A stretch of DNA of 64,000 nucleotides. Source: an uncultured delta proteobacterium. Lineage in GTDB: Bacteria > Desulfobacterota > RBG-13-43-22. The translations under genes were made by a program, and so were the position numbers. The notes under the pieces are model-generated. The model did not search any database. It was not told the DNA's origin and saw only the letters and a list, made by a program, of their open reading frames with translations. The stretch spans positions 64,001-128,000 of the forward strand of contig CAWJJC010000028.1 in assembly GCA_963843145.1 (NCBI GenBank), given 5' to 3'. Shown in pieces: positions 22,117 to 31,336 of this stretch (the stretch's first letter is position 1; every line of letters begins with the position of its first letter).

Positions 22117-23019
22117 ATGAAGAAAATCCGAGGAATAATACAGGTGCTCTTTTTTTGTCTGATAGGGATCGGGTTGTTGCCGGAGGCGAAAGCCGACACG
22201 CGGCTACTGCCGCTTTCCGGATTATTGCCCGGGTGGACACTGGCAGGCCCGATCAAAACATATACCGGGGAAGATCTCTTCGAATATATCAACGGCGAGG
22301 CCGAGCTTTATCTCCAGTTCGGATTCAAAATCCTAACTTCCGGCCTTTACTTAAAAGAGGACCAGTCCAATCGGGGTATTGCCGCCGATGTTTACGAGAT
22401 GGGTTCAGACCTGGAAGCCTTCGGGATTTACGCCAACTATCGCCAGCCGGAGGCCGAACCGGTAAAGGCGGGTATCGAGGGTTTTGTCAATCCGTCGCAA
22501 CTGATGTTTTACCAGGGCCGGTACTTTGTTCAGCTCAACGCTTCCGGTGCTGCCACTCAAGACCAGGCGGTTTTTCTGAATTTGGCCGGCTTGATTTCCA
22601 GGAACCTACCTGCTTCAGCCCAAAGCCCACCGGATTTATCTTTGCTCAAAATCCCCGCCCTGATCCCCAAAACCGAAAAATATACCCCCCAGAGCGTCCT
22701 GGGCTATCCTTTTTTTAAAAAAGGGCTAACTGCCCAGGCCCTCCTTGACGGCCGCCCGGTCCGGATCTTTGTTCTCCTGGAGGGATCGATCGAGGGAGCC
22801 CGCCAGACGATACAGGCCTACGAAAAGGCCCTTAAAGAAAAGGGCGGCGCCCTGAAAAGGGAACCGGAATCCTCCGGTGAAATTCTTTGCGCCCGGGACC
22901 CCCTGTATGGCGGGTTGTGCCTGCAGCCGTCAGGGTCTTATGTTTTGGGCGTGGCCGACCTCCCGGATCTCGCCAAGGGACTCCCTCTGATCCGGCAGCT
23001 TCAAGATCGTATCCACTAA
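22117..23019 (+). CDS. Secreted protein, DUF6599-like
   Basis: Signal peptide; LFEYINGEAELYL, DVYEM...AFGIY and FYQGRYFV motifs. Confidence 0.65.
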   Translation: MKKIRGIIQVLFFCLIGIGLLPEAKADTRLLPLSGLLPGWTLAGPIKTYTGEDLFEYINGEAELYLQFGFKILTSGLYLKEDQSNRGIAADVYEMGSDLEAFGIYANYRQPEAEPVKAGIEGFVNPSQLMFYQGRYFVQLNASGAATQDQAVFLNLAGLISRNLPASAQSPPDLSLLKIPALIPKTEKYTPQSVLGYPFFKKGLTAQALLDGRPVRIFVLLEGSIEGARQTIQAYEKALKEKGGALKREPESSGEILCARDPLYGGLCLQPSGSYVLGVADLPDLAKGLPLIRQLQDRIH

Positions 23020-23083
23020 TTTTCCCGCGATCTTTTGCGTATTCCCCTCGCTTCTAAAAAGTCGGTAGCAGTCTAGAAAAGTC

Positions 23084-23111
23084 TTGACTTTATTAGACTT
23101 TGGTCTAAACT
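23084..23111 (+). promoter_or_regulatory. Sigma70-type promoter with an overlapping palindrome; probably a leaderless transcript
   Basis: TTGACT-16nt-TAAACT ends 6 nt before ATG 23118, with no SD. Palindrome TTAGAC-N4-GTCTAA at 23093-23108. Confidence 0.5.
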
Positions 23112-23117
23112 AATTTT

Positions 23118-24338
23118 ATGTTGGAACGGACCGCAATCGGTATTATCCGGGAGATTATTGAACAGTTTCACAAGATGGCGTTCGTCAGCGGGCCGCGACA
23201 GGTCGGAAAAACGACCCTGGCGAAGCAATATCAAAAACTGTTCGGCCAGAGCCTATACCTCAACTGGGATATACTCCCTCATCAAAAGGAGATCTTAACC
23301 GATCCCCTTTTTTTCGAGAAAAGAAACCGGGATCCCGGGAAACCCTTTCTGGTTATTCTCGATGAAATTCATAAATATGCCCGGTGGAAGAATTACCTCA
23401 AGGGGATCTATGATCACGGAAAGGAAGAATTCCGATTCTTGATAACGGGCAGCGGCCGCCTGGATCTCTTTAAAAAAGGGGGTGACAGCCTGCTGGGAAG
23501 ATATTTCAGCGTCCCCCTTTTCCCTCTTAGCCTTGGCGAGCTGAACGGAAAGCTGATCCCCCTTGAGGCCTTCAAGGATTCCCTGGAATCACCCCTTCCC
23601 GCTTCAGCAGAGACGAAGGAAGGATATTTACAGCTTTTCCGCTTCAGCGGATTTCCCGAACCTTTTTCCAGGGGAACCTCCGCTTTTTACCGGCGCTGGT
23701 CTTCAGAACGCAAAACGCTGTTGCTTCGGGAAGACATCCGGGACGCCAGCGCTATTCGAGAGATTTCCCTTCTTGAGCATCTGGCCCAGTTGATTCCGGA
23801 ACGAATTGGGAGCCCTCTATCGTTAAATGCGTTGAGGAGAGAAGTGGGGGTAGCCTTCGAGACCATCCGGGACTGGCTCCTTTTGCTCGAACAATTTTAT
23901 TACCTCTTTCGTCTATCCCCCTTTACCGGCCGTTTGGCACGAACCCTCAAGAAAGAAAAGAAAGCGTACCTCTTTGATTGGGTGGAAATTGAGGACGAAG
24001 GCGTACGTTTTGAAAACCTGGTGGCCTTGCATCTGCTGAAGGCGGTGCGCCTCTGGAAGGCTAGGGGGGAGGGAGAGCCCCGGTTACATTACGTCCGGGA
24101 CAAGGAAAAACGCGAAGTGGACTTTGTCCTTTCGGAAAAAGGGAAACCCTTTTGCCTGATTGAGTGCAAAACAAGGGATGAGACCTTGGCCCCCAGCCTG
24201 CTTCATTTTCAAAAGAAACTCATGGTGCCCACGGCGGTCCAAATCCTTCACCAACCCGGAATCTGCAAAAAAATGCGTCTCGAGGGATTAAGCCAATGGG
24301 TTATTTCTGCCGATCAATGGCTTTCTCTGCTCCCTTAG
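23118..24338 (+). CDS. AAA+ ATPase with DUF4143 domain (AAA_14 family)
   Basis: GPRQVGKTT, LDEIH, LITGS, SGFPEPF, KAYLFD, FENLV, REVDFV, LIECK. Confidence 0.9.
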   Translation: MLERTAIGIIREIIEQFHKMAFVSGPRQVGKTTLAKQYQKLFGQSLYLNWDILPHQKEILTDPLFFEKRNRDPGKPFLVILDEIHKYARWKNYLKGIYDHGKEEFRFLITGSGRLDLFKKGGDSLLGRYFSVPLFPLSLGELNGKLIPLEAFKDSLESPLPASAETKEGYLQLFRFSGFPEPFSRGTSAFYRRWSSERKTLLLREDIRDASAIREISLLEHLAQLIPERIGSPLSLNALRREVGVAFETIRDWLLLLEQFYYLFRLSPFTGRLARTLKKEKKAYLFDWVEIEDEGVRFENLVALHLLKAVRLWKARGEGEPRLHYVRDKEKREVDFVLSEKGKPFCLIECKTRDETLAPSLLHFQKKLMVPTAVQILHQPGICKKMRLEGLSQWVISADQWLSLLP

Positions 24339-24397
24339 GAAACAGGAACTTTCGGGATACGGAAGCTTTGAGCATCAACGACAAAGAGGATTAATGG

Positions 24398-26302
24398 ATG
24401 GCTTTAATCGGCGCACGAGACCTGTGCTGGGGATTCTCTAAGCCCCCGCTGCTTGAAAATATCACCTTTCAGATCGAAAAAGGGGAGCGTATCTGTCTCT
24501 TGGGTCGCAACGGGGAAGGAAAGTCTACCCTACTCAAGCTCTTGAACGGAGAAATCCTTCCGGACAGCGGGGAAGTATGGCGGCAGCAAGGCCTCACCGT
24601 TTCTGCCCTGGGCCAGGTTGTCCCCCGGGAATTCGAGGGAACGATCTTCGAGGTGGTGGCCGGCGGCCTGGGTCCGAAAGGGCCGGGCCTGGCCGAATAC
24701 CACCGTATCGGCCTAAAAGCTGAAGCCGGGAGAATCCCGGAAGTTCCTGGAAGTTGGGATGAACCGGCCGACCTTTCAAGGTCCGAGGATTGGATTGCCC
24801 TTTCCCAACGGATCGAAACTATTTTGTCCAGGACCCATCTTCCCCCTGAAGCCCAATTCGCCGACCTTTCCGCGGGGATGAAACGCCGCGCGCTTTTTGC
24901 CCGGGCCCTGGCCTTGGAGCCGGATATTCTGCTGCTGGATGAGCCCACCAATCATCTGGATATCGAGACCATCTTATGGTTGGAGGGCTTTATCCTGCGC
25001 TATGTGAAGACCCTGCTCTTTGTGACCCATGACCGGGCTTTTCTGAAGAAAATAGCCACCCGGGTGCTGGAATTGGATCGAGGACGCCTGATCTCCTATG
25101 ACTGTGACTATGGGACCTATCTGGAACGCAGGCAGGCGGTCCTGCAAGCCGAAGAAAACCAAAACGGGCTGTTCGACAAAAAACTTTCCCAGGAGGAGGC
25201 CTGGATCAGACAGGGGGTCAAGGCCCGGCGAACCAGAAACGAGGGGCGGGTCCAGGCCTTGTTCCGGATGCGCGAAGCCCGCCGGGCCCGCCGCGGGAAA
25301 ATAGGAAATGTCAAACTGCGGCTTCAGGAAGCGGAAAGGACCGGAAAACTGGTTATCGAGGCCAACCGGGTGAGCTTTGCCTATGGGCAGAGCCCCGTGG
25401 TCCGGGATTTTTCCACCCTGATTATGCGCGGGGACAAGGTGGGAATTATCGGGCCCAATGGGGCGGGCAAGACCACCCTGCTGAATATCCTTTTGAAAAA
25501 CCTGGCCCCCCAGTCCGGGAGCGTCCGCCACGGCACCCACCTGCAGATCGCCTATTTCGACCAGCTCAGGATCCCGCTCGATGAACAAAAGACGGTCTTG
25601 GAAAATATCGGTCAGGAGAATGACTTTGTCCTGCTGAACGGGCAGCAGCGCCACGTGATCGGCTATCTTCGGGATTTTCTCTTTTCAGCGGAGAAAATCC
25701 GCACGCCGGTACAGGTCCTTTCCGGGGGAGAAAAAAACAGGCTCCTGCTGGCCAAGCTTTTTACCCAGCCGGCCAATGTGCTGGTGCTGGACGAACCGAC
25801 CAACGACCTGGATGCCGAAACCCTGGAACTCCTGGAGGAGCTGCTCTTCGACTTTCAAGGGACCCTTTTGCTGGTAAGCCATGATCGGGCCTTTTTAAAT
25901 CAGGTGGTTACCAGCACGCTCGTTTTCGAAGAAAATGGGCGGGTCAGCGAATATGCCGGCGGATACGACGACTGGCTGCTTCAAAGGCCGGAGCCAAAAG
26001 AGGCGCCCCGTTCCGGGAAAAAAGGCCGGGGAAAATCAGGTCAAAAGCCTAAACCGGTGAAAGCCCGGAAACTGGGATTCAACGAAAAGCGGGAGTTTGA
26101 AGGACTGCCTCAACGCATCAGCGTCCTGGAATCGGAGCAGCAAAGACTCTATGGGGCCAGCGCCGATCCCTTGTTTTACAAAAAAGGGAAGGAAGAGGCT
26201 TTAAAGATTAAGACCCGGCTGGCCGAAGTAGAGCGTGAAATCGAACAGGCATACCTTCGCTGGGAGGAACTGGATAAAAAGACCAACATCGAAGGCGGCT
26301 GA
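24398..26302 (+). CDS. uup: ABC-F family ATPase, Uup-like
   Basis: Two ABC domains, the AWIRQGVKARRTRNEGRV linker and a C-terminal coiled coil ending RWEEL. Confidence 0.92.
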   Translation: MALIGARDLCWGFSKPPLLENITFQIEKGERICLLGRNGEGKSTLLKLLNGEILPDSGEVWRQQGLTVSALGQVVPREFEGTIFEVVAGGLGPKGPGLAEYHRIGLKAEAGRIPEVPGSWDEPADLSRSEDWIALSQRIETILSRTHLPPEAQFADLSAGMKRRALFARALALEPDILLLDEPTNHLDIETILWLEGFILRYVKTLLFVTHDRAFLKKIATRVLELDRGRLISYDCDYGTYLERRQAVLQAEENQNGLFDKKLSQEEAWIRQGVKARRTRNEGRVQALFRMREARRARRGKIGNVKLRLQEAERTGKLVIEANRVSFAYGQSPVVRDFSTLIMRGDKVGIIGPNGAGKTTLLNILLKNLAPQSGSVRHGTHLQIAYFDQLRIPLDEQKTVLENIGQENDFVLLNGQQRHVIGYLRDFLFSAEKIRTPVQVLSGGEKNRLLLAKLFTQPANVLVLDEPTNDLDAETLELLEELLFDFQGTLLLVSHDRAFLNQVVTSTLVFEENGRVSEYAGGYDDWLLQRPEPKEAPRSGKKGRGKSGQKPKPVKARKLGFNEKREFEGLPQRISVLESEQQRLYGASADPLFYKKGKEEALKIKTRLAEVEREIEQAYLRWEELDKKTNIEGG

Positions 26303-26517
26303 TCTGCGAGACCGGCTCAGTTCCGGTGCACTGGCGGCGTTCAGAGAGGAGATGAAACCGAGGGAGTTTTAGGGGGTCGCTTCGGACAGGTTGATAGTCA
26401 AGACCTCCTTGACGATTTTCTCACCAAGGCCGAGAAGGTTTTGGCGGAACGTCCCGAGTTGGCTTGTTTGGGAAGATGGGTTGATGAAAGGCTAAAAGGA
26501 AATTTTGGACAGGAACT

Positions 26518-27117
26518 ATGAGGAAAACGGTTCGAGAACTTTCCGTGCTGCTGTTTTTTTGTGGGATTTTTTTTATCTCCGGCGGAGCTTTTCCTCAAGA
26601 AGCCGCGGGAGGTTTGGGCCTTGGGCTTCAAGAAGTTGGATTTCTTACCGGTTACGGGAAGGGGGATTTAGAAAGGCAAAAAACTTTAGAGTTTATCCCC
26701 TTAGGGGTTCGTTTTGGTTTTGACCTCAAACCCTTGGGCAAGAAGTTGGGATGGGAACCCAAAGGGTTGCTGGAGTTCGTCTGTGAGCCCTATTTGGGTT
26801 ACAATCTCCAACCCCAGGACAATATGGAGTTCGGTGTGGCCTTCTTACTCAAGTATGGGTTCCCGTTGACTGAAAAGCTTTATCCTTTTATCGAAGTGGG
26901 AACCGGGCCTTATTACATGACCTGGTCTACTGATAGCCAATCCACCCAGTTTAATTTCGACAGTCAAGGCGGTCTCGGCCTCCTCTATTTTCTAGAAAGA
27001 CATTGGGTGGTCAACGCCGCCTTTCGATATCGCCATGTATCCAATGCGGACATTAAGAAACCCAATGGAGGCATTCAGAGTCTCGTTTATCTAGTCGGAT
27101 TTTCGTATTATTACTGA
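26518..27117 (+). CDS. PagL-like lipid A 3-O-deacylase / acyloxyacyl hydrolase beta-barrel
   Basis: Signal peptide, PFIEVGTG, QFNF, and the catalytic motif RYRHVSNADIKKPNGG. Confidence 0.8.
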   Translation: MRKTVRELSVLLFFCGIFFISGGAFPQEAAGGLGLGLQEVGFLTGYGKGDLERQKTLEFIPLGVRFGFDLKPLGKKLGWEPKGLLEFVCEPYLGYNLQPQDNMEFGVAFLLKYGFPLTEKLYPFIEVGTGPYYMTWSTDSQSTQFNFDSQGGLGLLYFLERHWVVNAAFRYRHVSNADIKKPNGGIQSLVYLVGFSYYY

Positions 27118-27160
27118 TCAGGAAAAATAAATAAAGTGAAGGAAAAGTGAAAGGAAGCCC

Positions 27161-27943
27161 ATGCAGGTCAAGGCCAACGGAATTTTATTGAATTACGAAG
27201 TAACTGGTAAGGAAGGGGCGCCGGTGGTGGTGCTCAGCCATTCTCTCGGGTCCAGCCTGGTTATGTGGGAGCCGCAACGGACTGCGCTGGAGCCCTATTT
27301 CCAGATTTTACGCTTTGATACCCGAGGGCATGGCGGGAGCGAAGCTGTGGACGGACCCTATACTTTTGAGCTTTTGGCCGAAGATGTGGTCGGGCTTCTG
27401 GACGGGTTGGGCCTTTCCAAGATCCATTTTATTGGATTGTCCATGGGGGGGATGATCGGGCAGGCCCTGGGGTTATATCACCCCGAAAGACTGTTGAGCC
27501 TCACCCTGTGTGACACGGCGGCCGCCAATCCACCCGGTTCCAGGGCTATCTGGCAGGAACGGATCGATCTGGTTCGGAAAGAGGGGTTGGCTCCAATAGT
27601 GGAACCGACCCTCGAACGGTGGTTTACTCCGGACTTTGTCAGGCCAGGCCCGCCAATTCTGGGAAAAATCCGCCGCCAATTCCTGAAGACTTCGATCAAC
27701 GGCTATGTAGGCTGCAGCCAGGCGATCATGGAGCTGGACTATCTGGAGAAACTCGGGCGGATCAAAATCCCCACGCTGGTTGTGGTTGGTGAGGACGATC
27801 CGGGGACGCCGGTCAGCGCCGCGCGGGCCATTCAGGAGCAAATAGTTGATTCGAAGCTGGTAATCCTTCCGGGCGCCCGCCACCTCTCCAACGTGGAGCA
27901 GGCCGGGGCCTTTAACCGGGCGGTGTTGGAGTTTTTATTATGA
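27161..27943 (+). CDS. pcaD: 3-oxoadipate enol-lactonase family alpha/beta hydrolase
   Basis: VVLSHSLG, RFDTRGHG, GLSMGG, HLSNVEQ. Confidence 0.85.
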   Translation: MQVKANGILLNYEVTGKEGAPVVVLSHSLGSSLVMWEPQRTALEPYFQILRFDTRGHGGSEAVDGPYTFELLAEDVVGLLDGLGLSKIHFIGLSMGGMIGQALGLYHPERLLSLTLCDTAAANPPGSRAIWQERIDLVRKEGLAPIVEPTLERWFTPDFVRPGPPILGKIRRQFLKTSINGYVGCSQAIMELDYLEKLGRIKIPTLVVVGEDDPGTPVSAARAIQEQIVDSKLVILPGARHLSNVEQAGAFNRAVLEFLL

Positions 27944-27984
27944 AATAGTTTCAGGCTTGGGGTACCCGTCGGGGGCAGGAGGGG

Positions 27985-28356
27985 TTAATACACCATCACA
28001 TTCTGCGCCTCCAAAAACGCATCCACCACGCTGGCGCCGGCCACGATTTTGGCTTCCGGGATGAGGTCTTCGGGTGCGATCTGGCGGGCCTGGATGCAGG
28101 GGGCGCAGACATAGATCACCCCTCCGCCCTCCAAATAAATGTCGAGCAATTCCTGCAATGGTGGAAATCCGGCCGCGTGGACGTGGCGGGCGTAATTTTT
28201 CATGGCCAGGTAAACGCCGGTCATCTGCAGGATGATAACCGGTTCCGAATCCATGGCCAAAGCTGTGTTGGCCAATACGAAGGGGATGGTGGCCTTGTCC
28301 GGGCTTTCCTCTGCCGCCGTTACCACAAAAACCAGTTTTTTATTCTGTTCGCTCAT
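27985..28356 (-). CDS. DsrE/DsrF-like family protein
   Basis: DKATIPFVLANTALA; GGVIYVCAPC. Confidence 0.8.
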   Translation of the reverse strand: MSEQNKKLVFVVTAAEESPDKATIPFVLANTALAMDSEPVIILQMTGVYLAMKNYARHVHAAGFPPLQELLDIYLEGGGVIYVCAPCIQARQIAPEDLIPEAKIVAGASVVDAFLEAQNVMVY

Positions 28357-28556
28357 AAAGTGCTATCCTCCTCGGGAAGTTAAAATCCTATCGAATCAGT
28401 TTCGGTTATTTATTTCAGATAGGCAACCCTAAAAACATCCTAATTTGACCCCCCCATCTGTTTCTTGTATTATGGACCAAAATTTTTCAACCGATCAATG
28501 AGACCCTGAGGTTAATCAGAAGGTTTGCCTCCTCACTCATCAGCCAAAGGAATAGC

Positions 28557-28862
28557 GTGGGTATCGGCATCATCACCAGCCGGGGCTGGGCGGAAATGGG
28601 CATGGACTTCATTTTTCATGAACTACAAGTCAACCGGTTGGCCGAGAAGGGGCTCGATCCGCTGAAAATAGCCCACCGGATGTTGAAGAATTTTACCCGA
28701 GGGCTGTATATTGAGACCGGTTTGGATGATGACCGGCGTTTATGGCTCCGGGCCCAGGATATTTCCAGGGAGTTTAACTTGCGTTTAGAACGTACGAGCG
28801 GTAGTCTCAATCTCTTGAAACAAACCATTGAAAAGTCGCTTGCGGGAGTTAACCGGTTATAG
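28557..28862 (+). pseudogene. Probable C-terminal fragment of a DUF1638-like protein
   Basis: SRGW...RGLYIETG...A...FNL...GSL resembles the DUF1638 C-terminal half. No N-terminal half or clear RBS is visible. Confidence 0.4.
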
Positions 28863-28912
28863 AAAAGGTAAAAATCGGATGAACCAGACACCCGAGCAAG
28901 AAGCCAGGGAAG

Positions 28913-28967
28913 TAATTTCTTTAAGGTAAACCCCCGGCCTAGCCGGGGGTTTACCTTAAAGAAATTA
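28913..28967. repeat. Perfect 26-bp inverted repeat with a 3-nt loop
   Basis: TAATTTCTTTAAGGTAAACCCCCGGC-CTA-GCCGGGGGTTTACCTTAAAGAAATTA. Confidence 0.95.
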
Positions 28968-29011
28968 TATTAAGAGTGCAGTAATTCACAAATTACAGGA
29001 CATATTTCTTA

Positions 29012-29067
29012 TTGATTATACTTTTTCAGGCAATTATGGTATATTGAATACGCAATAATTCAAATAT
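29012..29067 (+). promoter_or_regulatory. Putative abiE promoter and inverted-repeat operator
   Basis: TTGATT-17nt-TATGGT (29012-29040), followed by TTGAAT-N8-ATTCAA (29044-29063). AbiEi proteins are known to autorepress through inverted repeats. Confidence 0.4.
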
Positions 29068-29096
29068 TATATGAACTGCTACTCTCAGAATATACC

Positions 29097-29906
29097 ATGA
29101 AATCAATGGCTGGTTTAGGAAAAAAGGAAAGAGAACGGCTTTCGGCCATCCTCCGGGAAACGAAAGGGACAATTTCGGTCGAGGAAACCGGGAAAATTCT
29201 TGGGATAAATCAAATAATGGCGGCCAAGATGCTGTCCCGTTGGGTCGGGCAGGGATGGCTGTCCCGGGTCCGCCGTGGGTTATATGTTCCGGTCCCTCTG
29301 GAATCTCGAACCACGGACGTCCCTTTGGAAGATCCCTGGATCGTGGCTTCCCGGTTATTCAACCCTTGCTATATCGGCGGGTGGAGTGCAGCCGAGTACT
29401 GGGACCTGACGGAACAAATCTTTCGAACGATTATTGTCATCACCCTTCAACGTCCCAGAGACCGAAAACCAAAAATCAAAGATATTGAGTTCTGGGTCCG
29501 TTCAACGAAATCCGAAGGTTTCTTTGGTTTTAAACCTGTATGGAGAGGAGAGGTTAAGGTAAACGTCTCCGACCCAACCCGGACTATACTGGACTTGTTA
29601 GCCGATCCCGGTCTAGGAGGGGGGGGCCGTTCCGTAGAGGATATGCTGATCAATTATCTTAAATCCGATAAAAAGGATTTGAATCTCCTGCTGGAATATG
29701 CGGAGCGGTTAGGTATTGGAGCGGTATATAAACGTTTGGGATTTTTGCTGGAACGATATGCCCCCGAGGAACAAGAGGTCATTCGGAAATGCCGTGAAAG
29801 GCTTTCAGCCGGTAATGCCAAACTCGATTCGAACCTTCCATCCAACCGATTGATAACAAAATGGCGCTTATGGGTTCCCGGGCGAAACGGAGGCCAAGAC
29901 CCTTGA
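29097..29906 (+). CDS. Type IV toxin-antitoxin antitoxin / transcriptional regulator, AbiEi family
   Basis: N-terminal wHTH (GWLSRVRRGLY), YIGGWSAAEYWDLTEQI, VSDPTRTILD, KRLGFLLE. Its stop overlaps the start of an AbiEii gene. Confidence 0.88.
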   Translation: MKSMAGLGKKERERLSAILRETKGTISVEETGKILGINQIMAAKMLSRWVGQGWLSRVRRGLYVPVPLESRTTDVPLEDPWIVASRLFNPCYIGGWSAAEYWDLTEQIFRTIIVITLQRPRDRKPKIKDIEFWVRSTKSEGFFGFKPVWRGEVKVNVSDPTRTILDLLADPGLGGGGRSVEDMLINYLKSDKKDLNLLLEYAERLGIGAVYKRLGFLLERYAPEEQEVIRKCRERLSAGNAKLDSNLPSNRLITKWRLWVPGRNGGQDP

Positions 29907-31328
29907 TCAGTAGGCAGGAGGTACTGGAATTTGCCCATGAGCTAAGACTCGCTCCGAATATTGTGGAAAAAGATTATGTCCTGGGGTGGGTCTTGGCGGG
30001 AATTTATCAATACCCCGCTTTTGGGAAAAGCTGGGTCTTTAAGGGAGGGACTTGTCTTAAAAAGTGTTTTTTCGAAACGTACCGTTTCTCGGAGGACCTG
30101 GATTTCACATTAACCGACCCTGGCCATATTGACGAAGAATTTCTCAGGAACTCATTCGGTGAAATCGTGAATTGTATGACCAGGCCGGTATGTAATCCCA
30201 ATAGACGCGCTTCGTTTCGACGTTTATCAAAACCCGAGAGGGAACCAGTCGGCCCAGGGGAGGATCAGTTATAGAGGGCCTATGAGAAAAGGCGGGGATC
30301 TTCCTCGGATTAAATTGGATCTGACCAATGACGAGATTTTGGTATTGGATCCTGTCCAAAGGGAAATTCACCATCCCTACTCGGATAAGGCGAAAGATGG
30401 CTTCTGGGCTTATTGCTATTCATTTGAGGAGGTTTTTGCCGAGAAGATAAGAGCCCTAGCGGAAAGAGAAAGGCCCCGTGACCTATACGACGTGATCCAG
30501 ATCTTTCGTCATGAAGAATTAAGGCCGGACAGGATCGTCGTTTTCGAAACACTTGAGAAAAAATGTTCCTTCAAAGGAATTGCGGTTCCAACCATTGAAT
30601 CCTTAGGTAAAGAACCCGAGCGTTCCGAACTGGTGGCCGAGTGGGAAAACATGCTCGGCCACCAGTTACCGGCCTTACCACCTTTAGAGCAATTCTGGGA
30701 AGATCTCAAAGTCTTTTTTAAATGGCTGCTCGGGATTGCCGAATTAATCGTCAAGCCGAGTTTCCCAATTCCAGTCGCAAGGATTGATCCAGGATGGCGC
30801 CCTCCGGATATGTTTCAGGTCTGGCATGGTTCTACATCAATGGAGACCATTCGCTTTGCCGCTTCCAACCGGCTGTGCATTGACTTGCAATATAATGGCA
30901 GCCGAAGGCTAATTGAGCCTTATTCCCTGCGTCGTTCTCGGGAAGGGAATATCCTGCTATATGCGGTTAAACACAATACAGGAGAAGACCGTGCCTACCG
31001 AGTTGACCGGATTCAAGCCGCCGAAGTATCCAAGGTTCCTTTTGATCCTCGGTATCTTGTAGAACTTACATCTTCAGGCTCCCTGCACATCCCCCATTTA
31101 TCCCGACCCTCAAACGGACATCAAAGGCCCCGTACTAACCCGCAGGCAGGTCATTATAGATCTAGTAGATCCCTTTCTAGTTTCGGGGCAAAATTTATTT
31201 TCGAATGCCCCCTGTGCAATAAAAGATTTACGCATAATTCCAACCATTCATCCTTAAATAAACATAAGGATAAAAACGGCTATCCCTGTCCGGGAAGAAC
31301 AGGGCTTTATATAGACACAAAATATTAG
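29903..31328 (+). pseudogene. AbiEii nucleotidyltransferase fused to a WYL domain and a C-terminal Zn finger; frameshifted at about 30170-30195 (real lesion or sequencing error)
   Basis: VEKDYVL, FKGGT.LKK, RFSEDLDF, AEKIRAL...RPRDLYD; WYL-like Y...RRLIEPY...RAYRVDRI; CPLC...H...C. Confidence 0.8.
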
Positions 31329-31336
31329 AGGGATTC

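Noticed and set aside
21068-22240. 390-aa minus-strand ORF
   Set aside because: It is the antisense shadow of the aldo/keto reductase, has no motifs, and is expected in GC-rich coding DNA. The same applies to 2148..2933 and 49527..50471.
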